A stretch of DNA of 64,000 nt from Raillietiella orientalis (Eukaryota), in assembly GCA_036172245.1 (NCBI GenBank), contig JAYWIR010000019.1, positions 1,426,001-1,490,000 on the forward strand, in the 5' to 3' direction. Position numbers and translations under genes: made by a program. Position 1 is the stretch's first letter; each line of letters begins with the position of its first letter. A model generated the notes under the pieces. It ran no database searches, was not told where the DNA came from, and was given only the letters and a program-made list of their open reading frames with translations. Below are positions 13,576-25,399 of the stretch, piece by piece.

Positions 13576-14699
13576 GGTTTCTGACGCAGGCAGACTGCGA
13601 CTCAGTCCTGAAAGGGCACCGTTGTTCCTTGTTGATCTTCTTCGGTCTCTGCTCCAAATCCAGGAGCAGCAGCTCGTTCTTTGAGCAGCCCATCTTTGCA
13701 GGCTGCTGGCAGGGAGTCGAGAAGAAGAAGAAAAAAAAAGGGAAAGGGGGGGGGGGGAGATTCGCTGAGAGTGCGGCGTTTGACTTTTACGCAGGCACTT
13801 CCTTTCATCCTTTCATGTCAGATGGCAGCTACCCATGCGAACACGCCCAGGAACCCGAAAGGCACCGTCCACCTCCGAGGGCCCGCACGTGACTTCTTTG
13901 ATACTTCCTGCGGGTGTCTGTGGCTTCCTTCCGTCCAGGAAAATCTTCGCTGCCGGTGTGAAGAAACGGAACTTCAGAAGTAAACCCTCCTTTCTTCCAT
14001 TGACAACCGATGCTTCATTATGAGAATGACTTCGTTCGATGCTCCTGGATACCATTTTCCTTCCTTGCTCCTCTTCCCCCCCCCCCCCTTTCTTGCAAAA
14101 GATTTTGAAACCTGACTCCGTCATCACACACACCTGATGGCGGAAAAATTTACCTCTTACTTCGGATAAAGGGGCACCGGAACGCAACCTTTCTCCTGCG
14201 GGAGGGAGTCCCTCCTCCTTCAAGGGAGATTTGCTGAGCTTTCATCCTCTCAAGTCATTGTCTGCGGGATCGACACGCGCGCTCACAGCGTAGCAGCGCC
14301 CAATTCGGCGTACACGCGGACGAGCACATCGCACGCCGATGGAAGGGCAGCAGCTCTGTTCCTGGGAGATGGCATCCTCGAGAGGCGGTCATCGGGTGTG
14401 TGTGCGTGCGTGCAAATTTCGAATCCAAAGGCCATCCTGGACTGCGATTACTCAGGGATTCCGCAGGAGATCCCTTTGAACTTCGAACTCCGCGGTTCCG
14501 GGATGGAATCCGCCGGGATGCTTTTCCTCCTCCACCTCCCCGCACTCGGTGCTGCAATTATGGAGTAAGTCTGCTCGCTCGTTCCGATCCAGGATGTTAG
14601 GATGAGATGAGCTGCGCGAGCGATCCCGCAGCGATAGAGCCAATCTGGAGGCATCGACGCCTTAATCGCGGGGCTCTCCGGGCAGGGAAGAGTCGAGAG

Positions 14700-15390
14700 G
14701 GGGAGAAGGACAGAGGAGGACGACGCGTGAAGCTAATGAAGACCTCTGGTTAGGACACGGGGAGTAATAATCACCTGAGTTGGCGGATTTCATGTGCAAG
14801 GCTTGGAGGTCCCTCCTACCCCCCCTGTCCTCCTTCCTTCCTTCGAGGACATGGCGCACAAAAACGCGCCCTACGTGTTTGCAGGTAGCCCTCGCGGGCA
14901 GCCTGCTCTGCAGTGACCGAGCACGCATGTGGTTGCAGCAGCAACTCCCGGATACGAAAAGGATCCACGTTTCTTCTCCCGGCAGACATGGAGGCATTGG
15001 CAACGCTGAAATCCCACGCGATCCGAGCAGCGTCCAAACCTCCCTACCGGAGAGGCGCAGCAGAGAGTGTGCCCCTCCGGAAGAAGCAACCGGGAACACC
15101 GCACGTGACTCCAGGTGCAGCATGAATTATGGTTTACCAATGAAATGGCGACGCTCGCGTTACGCAGCAGATGCCGGTGGTCAGGTTCGGTCGAGTCGAA
15201 CTGTGGTCGATCTGGGCGCACAAGTTGAATGCGGTAGGGTGGCACAAATTTTCCACACAGAAGCGAATCCCGGCAACGGGTCGGAGCGAATCGGCCGTGG
15301 GACTGCACCCACCGTGAGGAAATGCTGGCAAAGAGCGACGGCTTCAGTAGCAGCACCGGAAGCACTGGAAAAAAGAAAAGTACCATCATG
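14700..15390 (+). mobile_element. Decayed R2-like retrotransposon fragment (RT thumb region)
   Basis: DRARMWLQQQLPDTKRIHVSSPGRHGGIG resembles the R2-type R.WL.LP.DT...FHA....GGLG motif. Confidence 0.45.
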
Positions 15391-16003
15391 AGACTGTGAA
15401 GTTGATACTTTGGGTATTTCGGAACGCCGTCGTCTCGACGGAGCTCATCCGTGGAAAGTGGACGCCCTTCGAATCCAGAGTGCGGTTTCCTGCCTGCATG
15501 GCGTGAGCACGTCCACTGGGCCAGCAAACGGTCACTCGCACTCCGCAGCTGGATTTCGCGCGGTTTCACTCGGAAGGAAAAGAACGGGCTCACTCCCTCG
15601 GGAGGCTGGAAGACGGATCTTTCGAGGCTCCTTGCGAGGATGAGAGCAGCCTGTCGGCTGAAGCATCGAACTGCGCGAGGGCGCCTTGAAGTCCTGTTCC
15701 TTTCCCTTCCTCTCCCCTCCTTTAACCTGAGTAAAACCACGTAAATGGTACTTTTTCTGTCTTGGCCCAAGGCAAGCATCCAAAGACCAGACAGCATAAG
15801 GAAGGACATTTCCCTTTCAAGATCCTCATGTGCATTCGAAGCACATAAATTGGAAGTTCGGAGCGAGCCTTGGACCAAGGCGAGTCTTCTCTTTGGTGGA
15901 TGTTCCCGAAGGACGAGTTGAGCCTTGACGAAGAGGCGGTGGAGCTTCCAGCTTCCAGTTCCCCACAGGTTGCTTCTTCTGGAGCCACCTCTGAGAGAAA
16001 AAA

Positions 16004-16150
16004 ACAACACTGAAATAGCAGCAATTCCAAGTGCAATTGTACTATCATATGCTACAAAAAGTACCGATAAAATTAATCCTAGCACTGTTAGTACAGGAAA
16101 AACCCGGAGTTGACTTAAATTCTGTCATTTATCGCGTTCTTATCAATATT
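16004..16150 (-). pseudogene. N-terminal fragment of a bacterial membrane protein (possibly Wolbachia SPFH/band-7), frameshifted
   Basis: AT-rich. Reads IDKNAINDR/LSQLRVFPVLTVLGLILSVLFVAYDSTIALGIAAISVL and starts a few nt after the M23 stop codon (operon-like spacing). The SPFH assignment is from recollection only. Confidence 0.45.
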
Positions 16151-16154
16151 GTCT

Positions 16155-16370
16155 TTAAACTTCTTTTCCACCTGAACTCTCCCTGTTGACTGTTTTATCT
16201 ATCTTATTTACAAATAGTTTCAACTCCCTTAATTCGTGATCAAGCAACTTCACTTTGTTTTTGTGCGTTATTGTAAGTGGATCAACGTGTTTACCGTTAT
16301 ATATAACTTCGTAATGTAAATGGGGTTCTGTGGCAACACCAGTGCTACCAACATAAGCGATGACCTGTCC
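16155..16370 (-). pseudogene. 3' fragment of a bacterial M23 (LytM) family metallopeptidase
   Basis: Translates as GQVIAYVGSTGVATEPHLHYEVIYNGKHVDPLTITHKNKVKLLDHELRELKLFVNKIDKTVNRESSGGKEV*, with the M23 G.TG...PHLHYEV..NG..VDP motif. 5'-truncated. Confidence 0.85.
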
Positions 16371-16371
16371 A

Positions 16372-16754
16372 AGGCTACCTCAGTTGGAAAAGAAAGCAAG
16401 GCAAGGTGATAAAGAATTAAAGAGACAACTTGATTTAATGCAAGAAGTCTTAGCTACTTTAAAACTCGGTAAGCACGCAAGGAGCTTAGAACACATCGAT
16501 AAAGATGAGATGAAGTATCTTCAATTGCTGACAACAAAGCCCGTTATGTACTCTGTAATGTCGAAGATACAAATACCACAACTGGCAATGAACTATCTAA
16601 AAAAGTAGAAAAGATGGCAGAAGAGAACAAGAGCAAGTTTTATTGTATCTCAGCAAAACTTGAAACAGAGATTGCAAATCTTGAAGAAGAAGAAAAAAAA
16701 CAGAGTTTTCTGTAAGAGTTTGGCTTGCAAGAGTCAGGACTTGATGGAGTAGCG
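16372..16754 (+). pseudogene. ychF: Internal fragment of bacterial redox-regulated ATPase YchF (Wolbachia/Rickettsiales-like), disrupted
   Basis: RLPQLEKKARQGDKE...LQLLTTKPVMY/(V)CNVED...ISAKLETEIANLEEEEKKQSFL*EFGLQESGLDGVA. Contains the YchF LLT.KP..Y..NV.E, ISA..E.EI..L and GL.ESGL motifs, a frameshift near 16551 and an in-frame TAA at 16713-16715. Confidence 0.9.
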
Positions 16755-19700
16755 CTTCCGGTGCATAGTTGCCTTCTTGTTTTCCGTTTTCCCATTTTTA
16801 ATTGGACAGCAACAGAGTGAGCGAGGTAGTTCACGTTCTCCGTCTAAGCTTCTTCTAGGGAAGCACGTCTTCTCCGGTAGCTAGTTTTGGAAAAAAAAAA
16901 ACAAAAACGACCAACACCAATTTGAATGGAACATGCAAACACCATCGAATCCCACATTGGATTCCATAAACAGAAAATGGTCGTCGAAGAATGCCTTGAG
17001 TGTTGCCCACTCACACTCGTCAGCGGTTGCTCAATGATTTACACGTCCTCAGCATTTTCTTCAGTGGAACCTCATCTCTCCTTTTTCTCTCCTGATACGC
17101 TTGGAGATGGGTAATCTGTCCGCGTTCCTCCCGAGGAAAACTCGTTGCTAGGACGGCATCGGCGTCGCGGGCAGAATCTCATCGGTGAGGACATGCGAGC
17201 AGATAACGGACACCGACACAGGAATCAAAAGGCAAGCAGCAATCCCAGGAGCAGATTGTCCTGCAGAACCACGCTGCGTGGGGGGTCAGATAGCGAAAGC
17301 CGACAAGAGCATTTCGGACTCGCGCGCTCTTCGAGTGAAGGATGACGCCTTGAAGTGATCTTCGGCAATGCGGTGCTTTGGAATCCTCACCGCTGGCTGG
17401 TGGCGTCGACGGTGCGGCTGGCTGCAAACGGCATCTCCTCCTCTGCCAGCCTGGACCGATTGGGAGGAGGAGGGACTCCTGGATTTTCGGGAGGCCAAGA
17501 TTCCTCTCCGTGAAGAGTTCTGCGCTTCCCTTCATCTCGGGGCGAGGCGAACGGATGCGAAACGCCGGAGGTGCAAGAAGTCCCTACGATGGAAATTCCT
17601 TCCGGCACGTGCAGCCGCATACTCCACAGCTGCTCTTCTCCTGCCATGCTTCCGCTCAAGTAGTCGATCCAGCTGTGCATAGGCTCTCTGCTGGGGTTGT
17701 GATTTTCTGCGAGAGGAAAGCACGTGGTATCGCTCCAGAAACTTCCGCTTATCTGCATCGCAGAGGAAGCTCCTGCCTGATGGTTTCTAAGAGGGGGAAG
17801 AGGGATCCGTCTTTCCCTTTCGAAGAGGTGAGAACCAAAAAGCGATCAGCCGTGATGCAGGGCGTACACACTCAGGTGTGTATGCATTCGACGCACGTTC
17901 ATGCGCGACGAGCAGAAAGCGCCATGTGCACGCATGTCTGTCTGGGCGTGTCTGTGTGTGTGTTTGTGCGTGCGGATGCGCGACACTTGTCTTGCGTACA
18001 GTTCCGTCATCACGGCTTCTCCACATCGTGGTCCATGGCGATGGTCCTGAGGTCGCTTACTTCAAACTTCTGCCCTCCGTGGAATGGAGGGTTCTGGACT
18101 CCGCTGGATTAGCAGGTGCCAGGAGAAGCAGACAAAAAAAACGCGCTTGGCACCACAAGTGAAAGAGGTGCGAAGACATGCAGTTTTCCCGGAGACGAGT
18201 GGGTGTCCAAAGCGAACCTATTTCTCTGCCAATGGGAGCAACCAGGCTCCAGAAAAAATAAAGGAAGGCTGCCAGTGATCGGTCAGTGGGGGGAGTCTGA
18301 CCTCCCGAAAAAGAGAGGCGGAAGAGATTCGTTATCCTTCTTTCCTCCCCCTCCGCCCCTCCGAGGATCCATCTGGGAGAGGGCAGGATGGAATTCTCCG
18401 GCACGCAGAGGGTCCCGGCTCTATGAGCGTGTAGGCACGCGCGTTCGGTGGAGACGCACCGAACCGGCGCCGCTATTGGAGCTCCCTCCTCCGTAGACGC
18501 TGACGGGTCCCCTACCGTCGAGCGGCGCAGTCAACTGCGAGGAAACTGGAAATCCGGGAGGAGATTCCAGCCGCAGAACCTCGGTCAAAAAGGCCTCCAG
18601 CAAAAATTCATGGAGTCTGTCGCCCGGTGAAGCGAAGGCTTCCATTCGTACACGAACAAACAAGTTGAGAACACAAGGAAGGTTCCCGAGGGAAAGCAGG
18701 GAGAGGTTCAAGGGGAGGAGATGATGAAATAAACAATAAAGGGGTGGAACAGGGGTCTTTGGTCTCGACCGTTTCTTCGTCCTAGAACCGGAGCGTGATG
18801 CCGGCGATCTCCGAACTTGACCTGCCCTTCCTGGTACAGCCACCCGCAGCCGTTCTCGCGCAGACGCAGGCTGCGTGTCCGCACTGCCCTCCCTTCTCCG
18901 TGGTGCAGAGGGACCTTGACTTCGGTGCGGGCTCGCCATCTCGTCGCCGCCACTGAGGCTACCGAGAGAGTCCACCGCTCTCGAAGAACCGCCGCAGAAG
19001 GTCGCTCGCGGCGTCCTCTTGAAGTGGGAGCGCTGAAGCCGGCCTCCTCCTGTGTTCGTCACCGTGTTCGCAGAGACCACCCTAGTCCGGAAGTGGGTGC
19101 GGCGGGATTGATTTCTCCTTCCTCGCACCTAGCGCATGGTCCTAAGCGCTGAACTGCACCGGAAGCCCTTGCGCAGGAGCAGCGACACCTCACGCTCCCA
19201 GTTTGTGGGGAGCACCGGTGCGTTCCAGCACAAGGGAAGGACCTCGAGTTCTTCAGGGGCAGCGCCAAGAAGACCGACGTTGTACCTTCGCTTGGGTAAG
19301 CGAGGTGACAGCATCCACCAGCTCGCGCGTGGTCCAGCCGCCCAGGAGTCTGGTCTCTCTCCTGCAGTGGCTCAGGACAAGTAACAACCCGCCGGCTGGA
19401 GATCTTCGTCGCTTGCCCTTAGGGTGAACGGCGCTGTTGCAAAGGGCGTGCTGGCTAGACCTACGGGAATTCTTGGCCTTTTCCTGCAGTGCATCTTTTA
19501 TTGGATGACCCAAAAGACGAAGTCCCTCCCGAGCGTATTTCTAATGGAATCGGGACGGAAGTCGTCCTCAGGTTATAGAGGTCGCTGTCATCGAGGGATC
19601 TGCCATGTTGGGAAAAACAACGGAGCAGGATGGGCAGAAGTGAATTGCGAGGTGCCATGCGATCCAAATTTCCCAACCCGCCCCGAGGATAGGAGCGATC

Positions 19701-20899
19701 CACCTCGGACGAAGCAAGGCAGCTGAAATCGACCGAGGTCGTGGGGGGCACGAGTGACGAGGTGGAGGAAGGTTGCCAACATGGATTTTCTTTTCTCCCC
19801 CCCCCCCTTTTTTGGTAGCAGGTGGTCTAAAAGCGCAGTTTATGGCGTCGACCTTTGTCCTTTCCGTGTTCACAGTCGCACCTCTGGCGACACTTCCGGT
19901 AGCGGTTCTTCCCAGGCGCCGATAAGCTTGCCCTCGAATCATGGAAATAGCTAGTCTCGTGGGGACCAGCCCGGCCGCGGACCAAGGAAGCTCTTCCGTT
20001 CCCGCTGCCCAAGTAGGGCCTAGCTTCTTGTTCAGGAATCGAAATAAGAGCAAGATGCGAGATCCAGCTCTACACCAGTAAAAGAGTTGGCCCCCGTCGA
20101 AAAACGAGGACGCCAGCACCAAGTTTGGCACGCCACCAGACACGCCTTCAGCTCCCCCTGAACCTTCTTCCTCGAAGAAAAGTTCGTCCTCCGCGGGCCT
20201 CACCGAAAGTGCGAAAGGATGAAATGCGTTGAGGAAGTAGCTGGGACGGGGGAAGGATTGCGGAGGCGGTAGTGTCTCCAAACTGCTCTGAATGGGAAGC
20301 AAAAGTATGGGCATATCTTGTGGGTACATTCGTGGGTGAGTATATTCAGAGTTGCACACTTTTGTGGAAACACATCACAACGAAAAGGTGGCACGTAACG
20401 ACACCTTCACTTCCACCCATCATGACCTTTCTCCACTCTGCCACAGTCCCATCAGCTGATGCCGCTGCATTCCTTGCAGATCTGAATATAAGAGAAGTTG
20501 GAAAAGGCTTACGGCATGGCACTGATGACATGAAAGCAGTGACGTCTCTAGTCCCAAATGAAGAACCAGATTGAAGAGTGTTTTTGGCAACTTGATGGCA
20601 TGAATAAACTTTTCTAAGCGCTCTCCGTGGAGGACGGGACGGAGAGGGGAAGAGACAGGGCGCGCGGGGGACGTGGGGGCGAGGGTCGGACGAGTCATGG
20701 AAAAAGACGGGCTGAAGGAACCATACCTCCTCGAGAGTTGCCCGGACCACAGGAGGATTCTGGCCCCTGCGGAAGAAGGGGGAGACTCGCTCGCGAGAGG
20801 TGTGTAGGGTCAACTGGCCGCCCTTCCAAACAGTACCGGTGAGGAGACAGAGGCAGGAATTCCCTCTGCTGGAGCGTCTTTCGCGGGACATTTACTCCG

Positions 20900-21170
20900 A
20901 CTCCTTCCGTGCGCTCCTCGGAGGTGGAGCTTTCCGTCGGGCCTTCGAATCGAACCTGTCGCTAAGCAGCTGTGGACTCGCAAAAATCCACTTGTGCAGA
21001 TGAATTTATTTTATGAATCCACGGCAACACTGCCAACTCGAGATCCATCCTGTGAATTTGAAACCACTGGTGGATGCGTTTCCTGCTTTTAGTCCTCAGC
21101 ATGTTTTCGTGGTGGCTCGCGTTCCCCTGTGGTTTCCCGGCAGCCTTTTGTGCCCCCCCTGGACGCTGTC
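20900..21170 (+). mobile_element. Decayed non-LTR RT core fragment
   Basis: AFRRAFES...CGLAKIH...IY (cf. DF.KAFDS...GL...I..Y), followed by a VARVP..PGSLLCP segment resembling GVPQG..LSP. Confidence 0.35.
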
Positions 21171-21324
21171 AAGCAAAAGAAGGAGAAAGGGGAGAGGAAG
21201 AAAAGAAGGGAAAAGGCCGCAGGCTATTAGGACGCTTTCGTTTCTGTGGACGTCGTATGTTGCGAGTGCGAGCTGCGCATCATCCACCCACATCCTAGGA
21301 GATCCGGCGCGCGGTTCATAGGAA

Positions 21325-21380
21325 GGAAGCGACGGTCAGGAAGCTACGGCCAGGAAGCTACGGCCAGGAAGCTACGGCCT
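21325..21380. repeat. Minisatellite, 4 x 14 bp (GGAAGCTACGGCCA)
   Basis: ggaagcgacggtca ggaagctacggcca ggaagctacggcca ggaagctacggcct, read directly. Confidence 0.9.
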
Positions 21381-22249
21381 GGAGGCGAGGCATCATCCCT
21401 TCTCCTCCCTCCCTGCGAGGGCTCCATCAGCACGGGAAGTGACCTCTCTCGTGCGTAGGCGGGAAGCCGAGGAAGAGCGCTCGACCCTGAGGGAAACTGT
21501 GACATTACCGAGGCAGAGGATCACCCCCTGCCACCTCTCCGCTCACATCCCAGCTCCCGGGAGGGCAACAAAGGCGGCGCCTCCTGCTCCTGCCACCCGG
21601 CCCCGCCCCTTTCCTGTCCCTCTGCGAAAGTTCCCGTATCGGCTCCGCGAGCGGCGGGATCGAAAACACACGAAGCCGTGCAGATGGCGCGCCAAGGCCG
21701 GTCCCCTCGGGCCGAGGAAGGGGCGAAGAGCAATCTGATTACGGAGTCGTCGTCTCGCACCTCGCAGCTCCCGTGCGGAGCGTCCCTTGCCGTGCACTGG
21801 GTTCCCCCTGGGAACGAGGGAAATCGCCTCACAAAAGGAGCGGAATTACGGGGAGGCGGTGGCGGCCCGACGTGTAACATCGTTAGCGCCTCTCAGACGG
21901 GCCCGGAGCGCGTCAGCGTTCTCATCCGCCAGAGAGCGTCTTTGTCTTGCCACCTGGGAGCTCTGCACAAAGGACGAGCAAGGAAGAAGAGGGCCGTCTG
22001 GGGATGTGGCGAGGAACGCCGAGGGAATCGGGCAACAAACGAACAGACAGAAGGAAAAGAAAAAAAAACAGCATTGGAAGAAAGGACTTCCTTGAAGAGA
22101 TGAAAGAAGGCGCCCTCGGAGATGAGTCTTACTGTCTACGTGGAATCCACGCGAAGTCACTGGGAGAGACTTCTGGATTTCGTGGGAATCAGAGTAGACC
22201 CGGCTCTGGATCGCACGCACAAGGAAATCACCGCGAGTCGAGCAGGAAG

Positions 22250-22850
22250 CTGCCGCTCTGAAGAGCCGCCGTACTGCTGCGCTCTCCACGTGCAGTGCCA
22301 AGTGTTGTGGGTTCGAATCCGGCCCGGGGAAGGATCGACCAGCGTCGTCTCCTACGCAGGACGACGCTGGTTGGCCCCGGTTGGCTTCGGGTATGGCACG
22401 CCCCCCGTTGACAGACCGGGATTGGAAGTTGATCTTCCGGGATCCTCCCAGAAATGAAGGGGTCGGTTCTCTTCGGGTCCCCTTCCGGTTGGCAAAACGG
22501 AGCCGTCCTCTCCTTCTGGGACGGACCCCCATCGCGTACCATGGAGATGGCTGATACCCCCCTCGGTGAGTCGCCTCTCCAGAGTGTAAAAAGCTCTCTT
22601 CTCCCTTCGGGATTCTCTCCAGTGGAGGAAACCAGGAACAGCTCCCTAACGGGTGTCCTCCGGAGAAGAAATTCCAGGAGCGAATCCTTTCCGAGTTCCC
22701 TTCGGAGACAACCAGGACGAAGGCTCCCTTCCGGGTTCCCCTTCCAGGCGTAAGAGGAACGGATTCCTTACTCCAGAGCCTTCCTGGATTCATAGGGTGG
22801 TCCCTCCCGGAGTACCATCTATAACTAGAAGAGTTACGCGCGCTCTCGGG
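22250..22850 (+). mobile_element. tRNA-derived SINE-like family copy, apparently full length
   Basis: B-box GTTCGAATCC at 22311, then GGAAGGATCGAC, GACGCTGGTTGGCCC, the internal array with CCCTTCGGG hairpins, and the family 3' end TAACTAGAAGAGTTA. Confidence 0.75.
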
Positions 22851-23177
22851 TGGCAGGGACCGTGTCAAAGAGAGTCGTGAGGTCCCCCTGTGGAGACGAG
22901 CGGCTCCCCGGCACTCGTGGAAAACCGAAAAAGAGGGAAGATGGAAGGAAAGAGGATTTCCATCATCCCGAAAGTGCGGTAATTAAGGGAAGAAGGCGAC
23001 CCTTCCCCGCACCTGCTGTTGGACTGTGCTGCCCTCCGACCCCCTTGGCATCACCACGTGACGACCCTAGGATTTCCAGCGAAGGGCCCCCCAGGGGCAT
23101 TTGGAAACGCCTCTTTGAGCGTACCGCGCTGCCGCTAGCCACGTCCCTTGCGGTTCTCCGCTGCCCCGTCTGCGGGA
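22311..23177 (+). repeat. 867-bp direct duplication, copy 1 (copy 2 at 31445-32311)
   Basis: Constant 9134-bp offset. Only two substitutions seen (GGCAGGGAC/GGCATGGAC and AGAGTCG/AAAGTCG). Identical ORFs appear in the track (22454/31588). Confidence 0.95.
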
Positions 23178-24750
23178 CGGTGGTGGCTTGGAAAGTTCAA
23201 AAGAAGAGGGTCGAAACGGCAGGAACGCCACCCACTATGCGCGAATCTTCCTGAGGACTGCCTCGAGATGACCTCACCTGGGCGAGACACGGAGAGAACT
23301 TGCGGGATCCTAAACAGGATGCAGAGGACGCCTGGAAGCGTACTATGATCACTTCCTGGGTTCCCTTCCCCCCTTCCTCCCCGTGTATAGCTTTCCCTCG
23401 CCTATTTCGTTCATTTGTTTTTGCCTCCTTTTCCCCCACGCTGTCGTCCCAAACCTCGCCGGTCTGCGCACCGGTCTTCGGCAGGTTCACTGCAGGCGGT
23501 GGCATCAATGTATTTTTATTACTTTACGTAGGAAATCTCCGGGAATAACCGGGCGATTATCATCCAGAGTTTCAACAGCGGGTTGTGCCAACGGGTCACG
23601 AGAATCCTGGATTCTCCTCTGTCCAGGGAGGGGTCTGTGCTCGTATACCAAGGATCGGACGCTCCTGGAACTCTTGTGGTCGCAGTTAATCTGCACAGAG
23701 CTCTCGTTTGCTTCGATCAGGAGCTCCCTCTGGAGATTTTGGAACGCATGGGATTCCTGGCCGTCTTCCTGGCCTATCTGCGTTCCAGCTGACGCAACGC
23801 GCTAATAAATATCTGTTTTCAGCGGACGGCATGTGTTTGGCGTGTCCGTTCGCCAAGGCGTAAGGCAGGGTGACAGCCTGAGTCTCCTGCTCTTCAGCAT
23901 TCACTTCGAGTTGATTCTGAGAGCATACAGAGAGACTCTGACAACCTGCAGAGTCCGTTACCCTGGCACGCCTGCCTTGTTAGCCTATGTGGACGATCTT
24001 TTGCTGCTGCTCTCCAGGACCGTCCCGGCGTCAGCACTCGAGAGCTTCTTCGAGTTGTCAAGTCGGTGCTCAGACCTTGAGGACTAACAGGACGAAGTCG
24101 TCATCGGTACTGGATCGGTGCGGCGTAAACCGGACGGTCAGACTGGGTTCGCCTAGGGATCCCCATAGACGGGTACTTCAAGTACCACGGCGTTTCGTTG
24201 GGGGACTTCTGCGTTACAGAAGTCTGTTCCTGCCGTCTCCAAAAAGTAGAGATATCACACAGCCTGTTCCAAAACGACAGGTTTCAGTTGCCGGAACGGG
24301 CCGCGGTGTGGAACTCGTTTGTGGCTGTTCCCCTCCGCCCCCTGCTTTCTGTTTTCCCCACCCCTCTTGACATCAAGAGAAGGACCGATGACCTCCTGAG
24401 AAAAGCCCTGTGGGGCACAGGGAGTTCCCGAGTCCGACTCAAAGACTTGTGTGCTCCTCGTTGGGATGGTGGACTGGGCCTTTTACGCGGGAAAGGATGG
24501 AGCATCAGCTCCAGTTCATAAGACTCGCCCTCGCAGCGATATTGTGGACCACGCCTTGGTGCTCACCAGCACGTCTCCTCGCGAAGAGAGCAACTGGCTG
24601 CGAGGGAATTGCGTCCCTCCTCGTCACTCGCTAGGGATTGCTGAGACATTGTGGATATCAACTTCTCCAGAGAGTTGCCCTAGTGGACGACAAATGGATC
24701 TCCTCCCTTCCCGTGAACTGAACTTCCTGGTTCCAAGAGTTCGTCTTCGC
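23150..24750 (+). mobile_element. Decayed Tx1/L1-clade LINE ORF2 (reverse transcriptase)
   Basis: WKRTMIT, LEILERMGF, GVRQGDSLSLLLFSI, AYVDDLLL and ALWGTGSSRVRLKDLCAPRWDGGLGL in canonical order, with stops and frameshifts. Confidence 0.88.
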
Positions 24751-25399
24751 CTGGAGGAAGATCCACGGCGCGAGAGAGGCGGGGTACGACCTGCCTGCAA
24801 CGAGACATCAACGCTCAAAGTCGTTGGAGGCGATCGTCCGCAACCTGCTCAAGACCCGATGGGCCTCGTCCACCCCCATCGCCCCAGTGCTGCCCTAATC
24901 TGAGGAGATGAACAAAAGAAAAAATGAAAAAAAGTTCGTGGCAGCCAATCATCAGTCTGATAAAGTGATCGAAAACGAAAAGAAAAATAGCGACTCAACG
25001 GCAGGGATGGGTGCGCAACGTGTCTTCAGAGTTGCTCCCTTCATAGATGAGGCTCATAGGATTTATGGGACTTCCTCGAGATCGCGAGTATCCCAATCAT
25101 CTCGGATCATCAAACTGTGAGCGGATTTGAGGTGTGGCAGAAGGGGCGGGTTGACTGCTCAATCCTTAATCCGAATCTTCACGAAAAGGATCCAGATGAA
25201 GGAGAAAGGAAAACAATACAAAAACAAAAAAGAGATGGAAAAACCTCTGGGTGCAGTGGAGGGTGGAACCACTTGACTGAAAAATGCCTGCCCATCTGCA
25301 ACACCTGGGGCTGGATCGAAAGATACGCTCGCGAGCTATGATACCAGCAAGACCGGAATACTCGCTTTCCTTTTCAAGTGGGGTCCGGTCACCTCCTGC

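Noticed and set aside
16004..16754. Bacterial contaminant or functional horizontally transferred gene
   Set aside because: All three fragments are truncated, two carry frameshifts or a stop, and they are embedded in host repeats.
17470..17600. Gypsy integrase zinc-binding motif (IPLREEFCASLHLG...W)
   Set aside because: Similarity is too weak and no flanking pol motifs were found.
22260..22330. GTTCGAATCC sites (22311, 31445, ~35400, ~38027, ~62247) as tRNA genes
   Set aside because: I could not fold a cloverleaf with acceptor and anticodon stems. Each site runs into the same SINE core.
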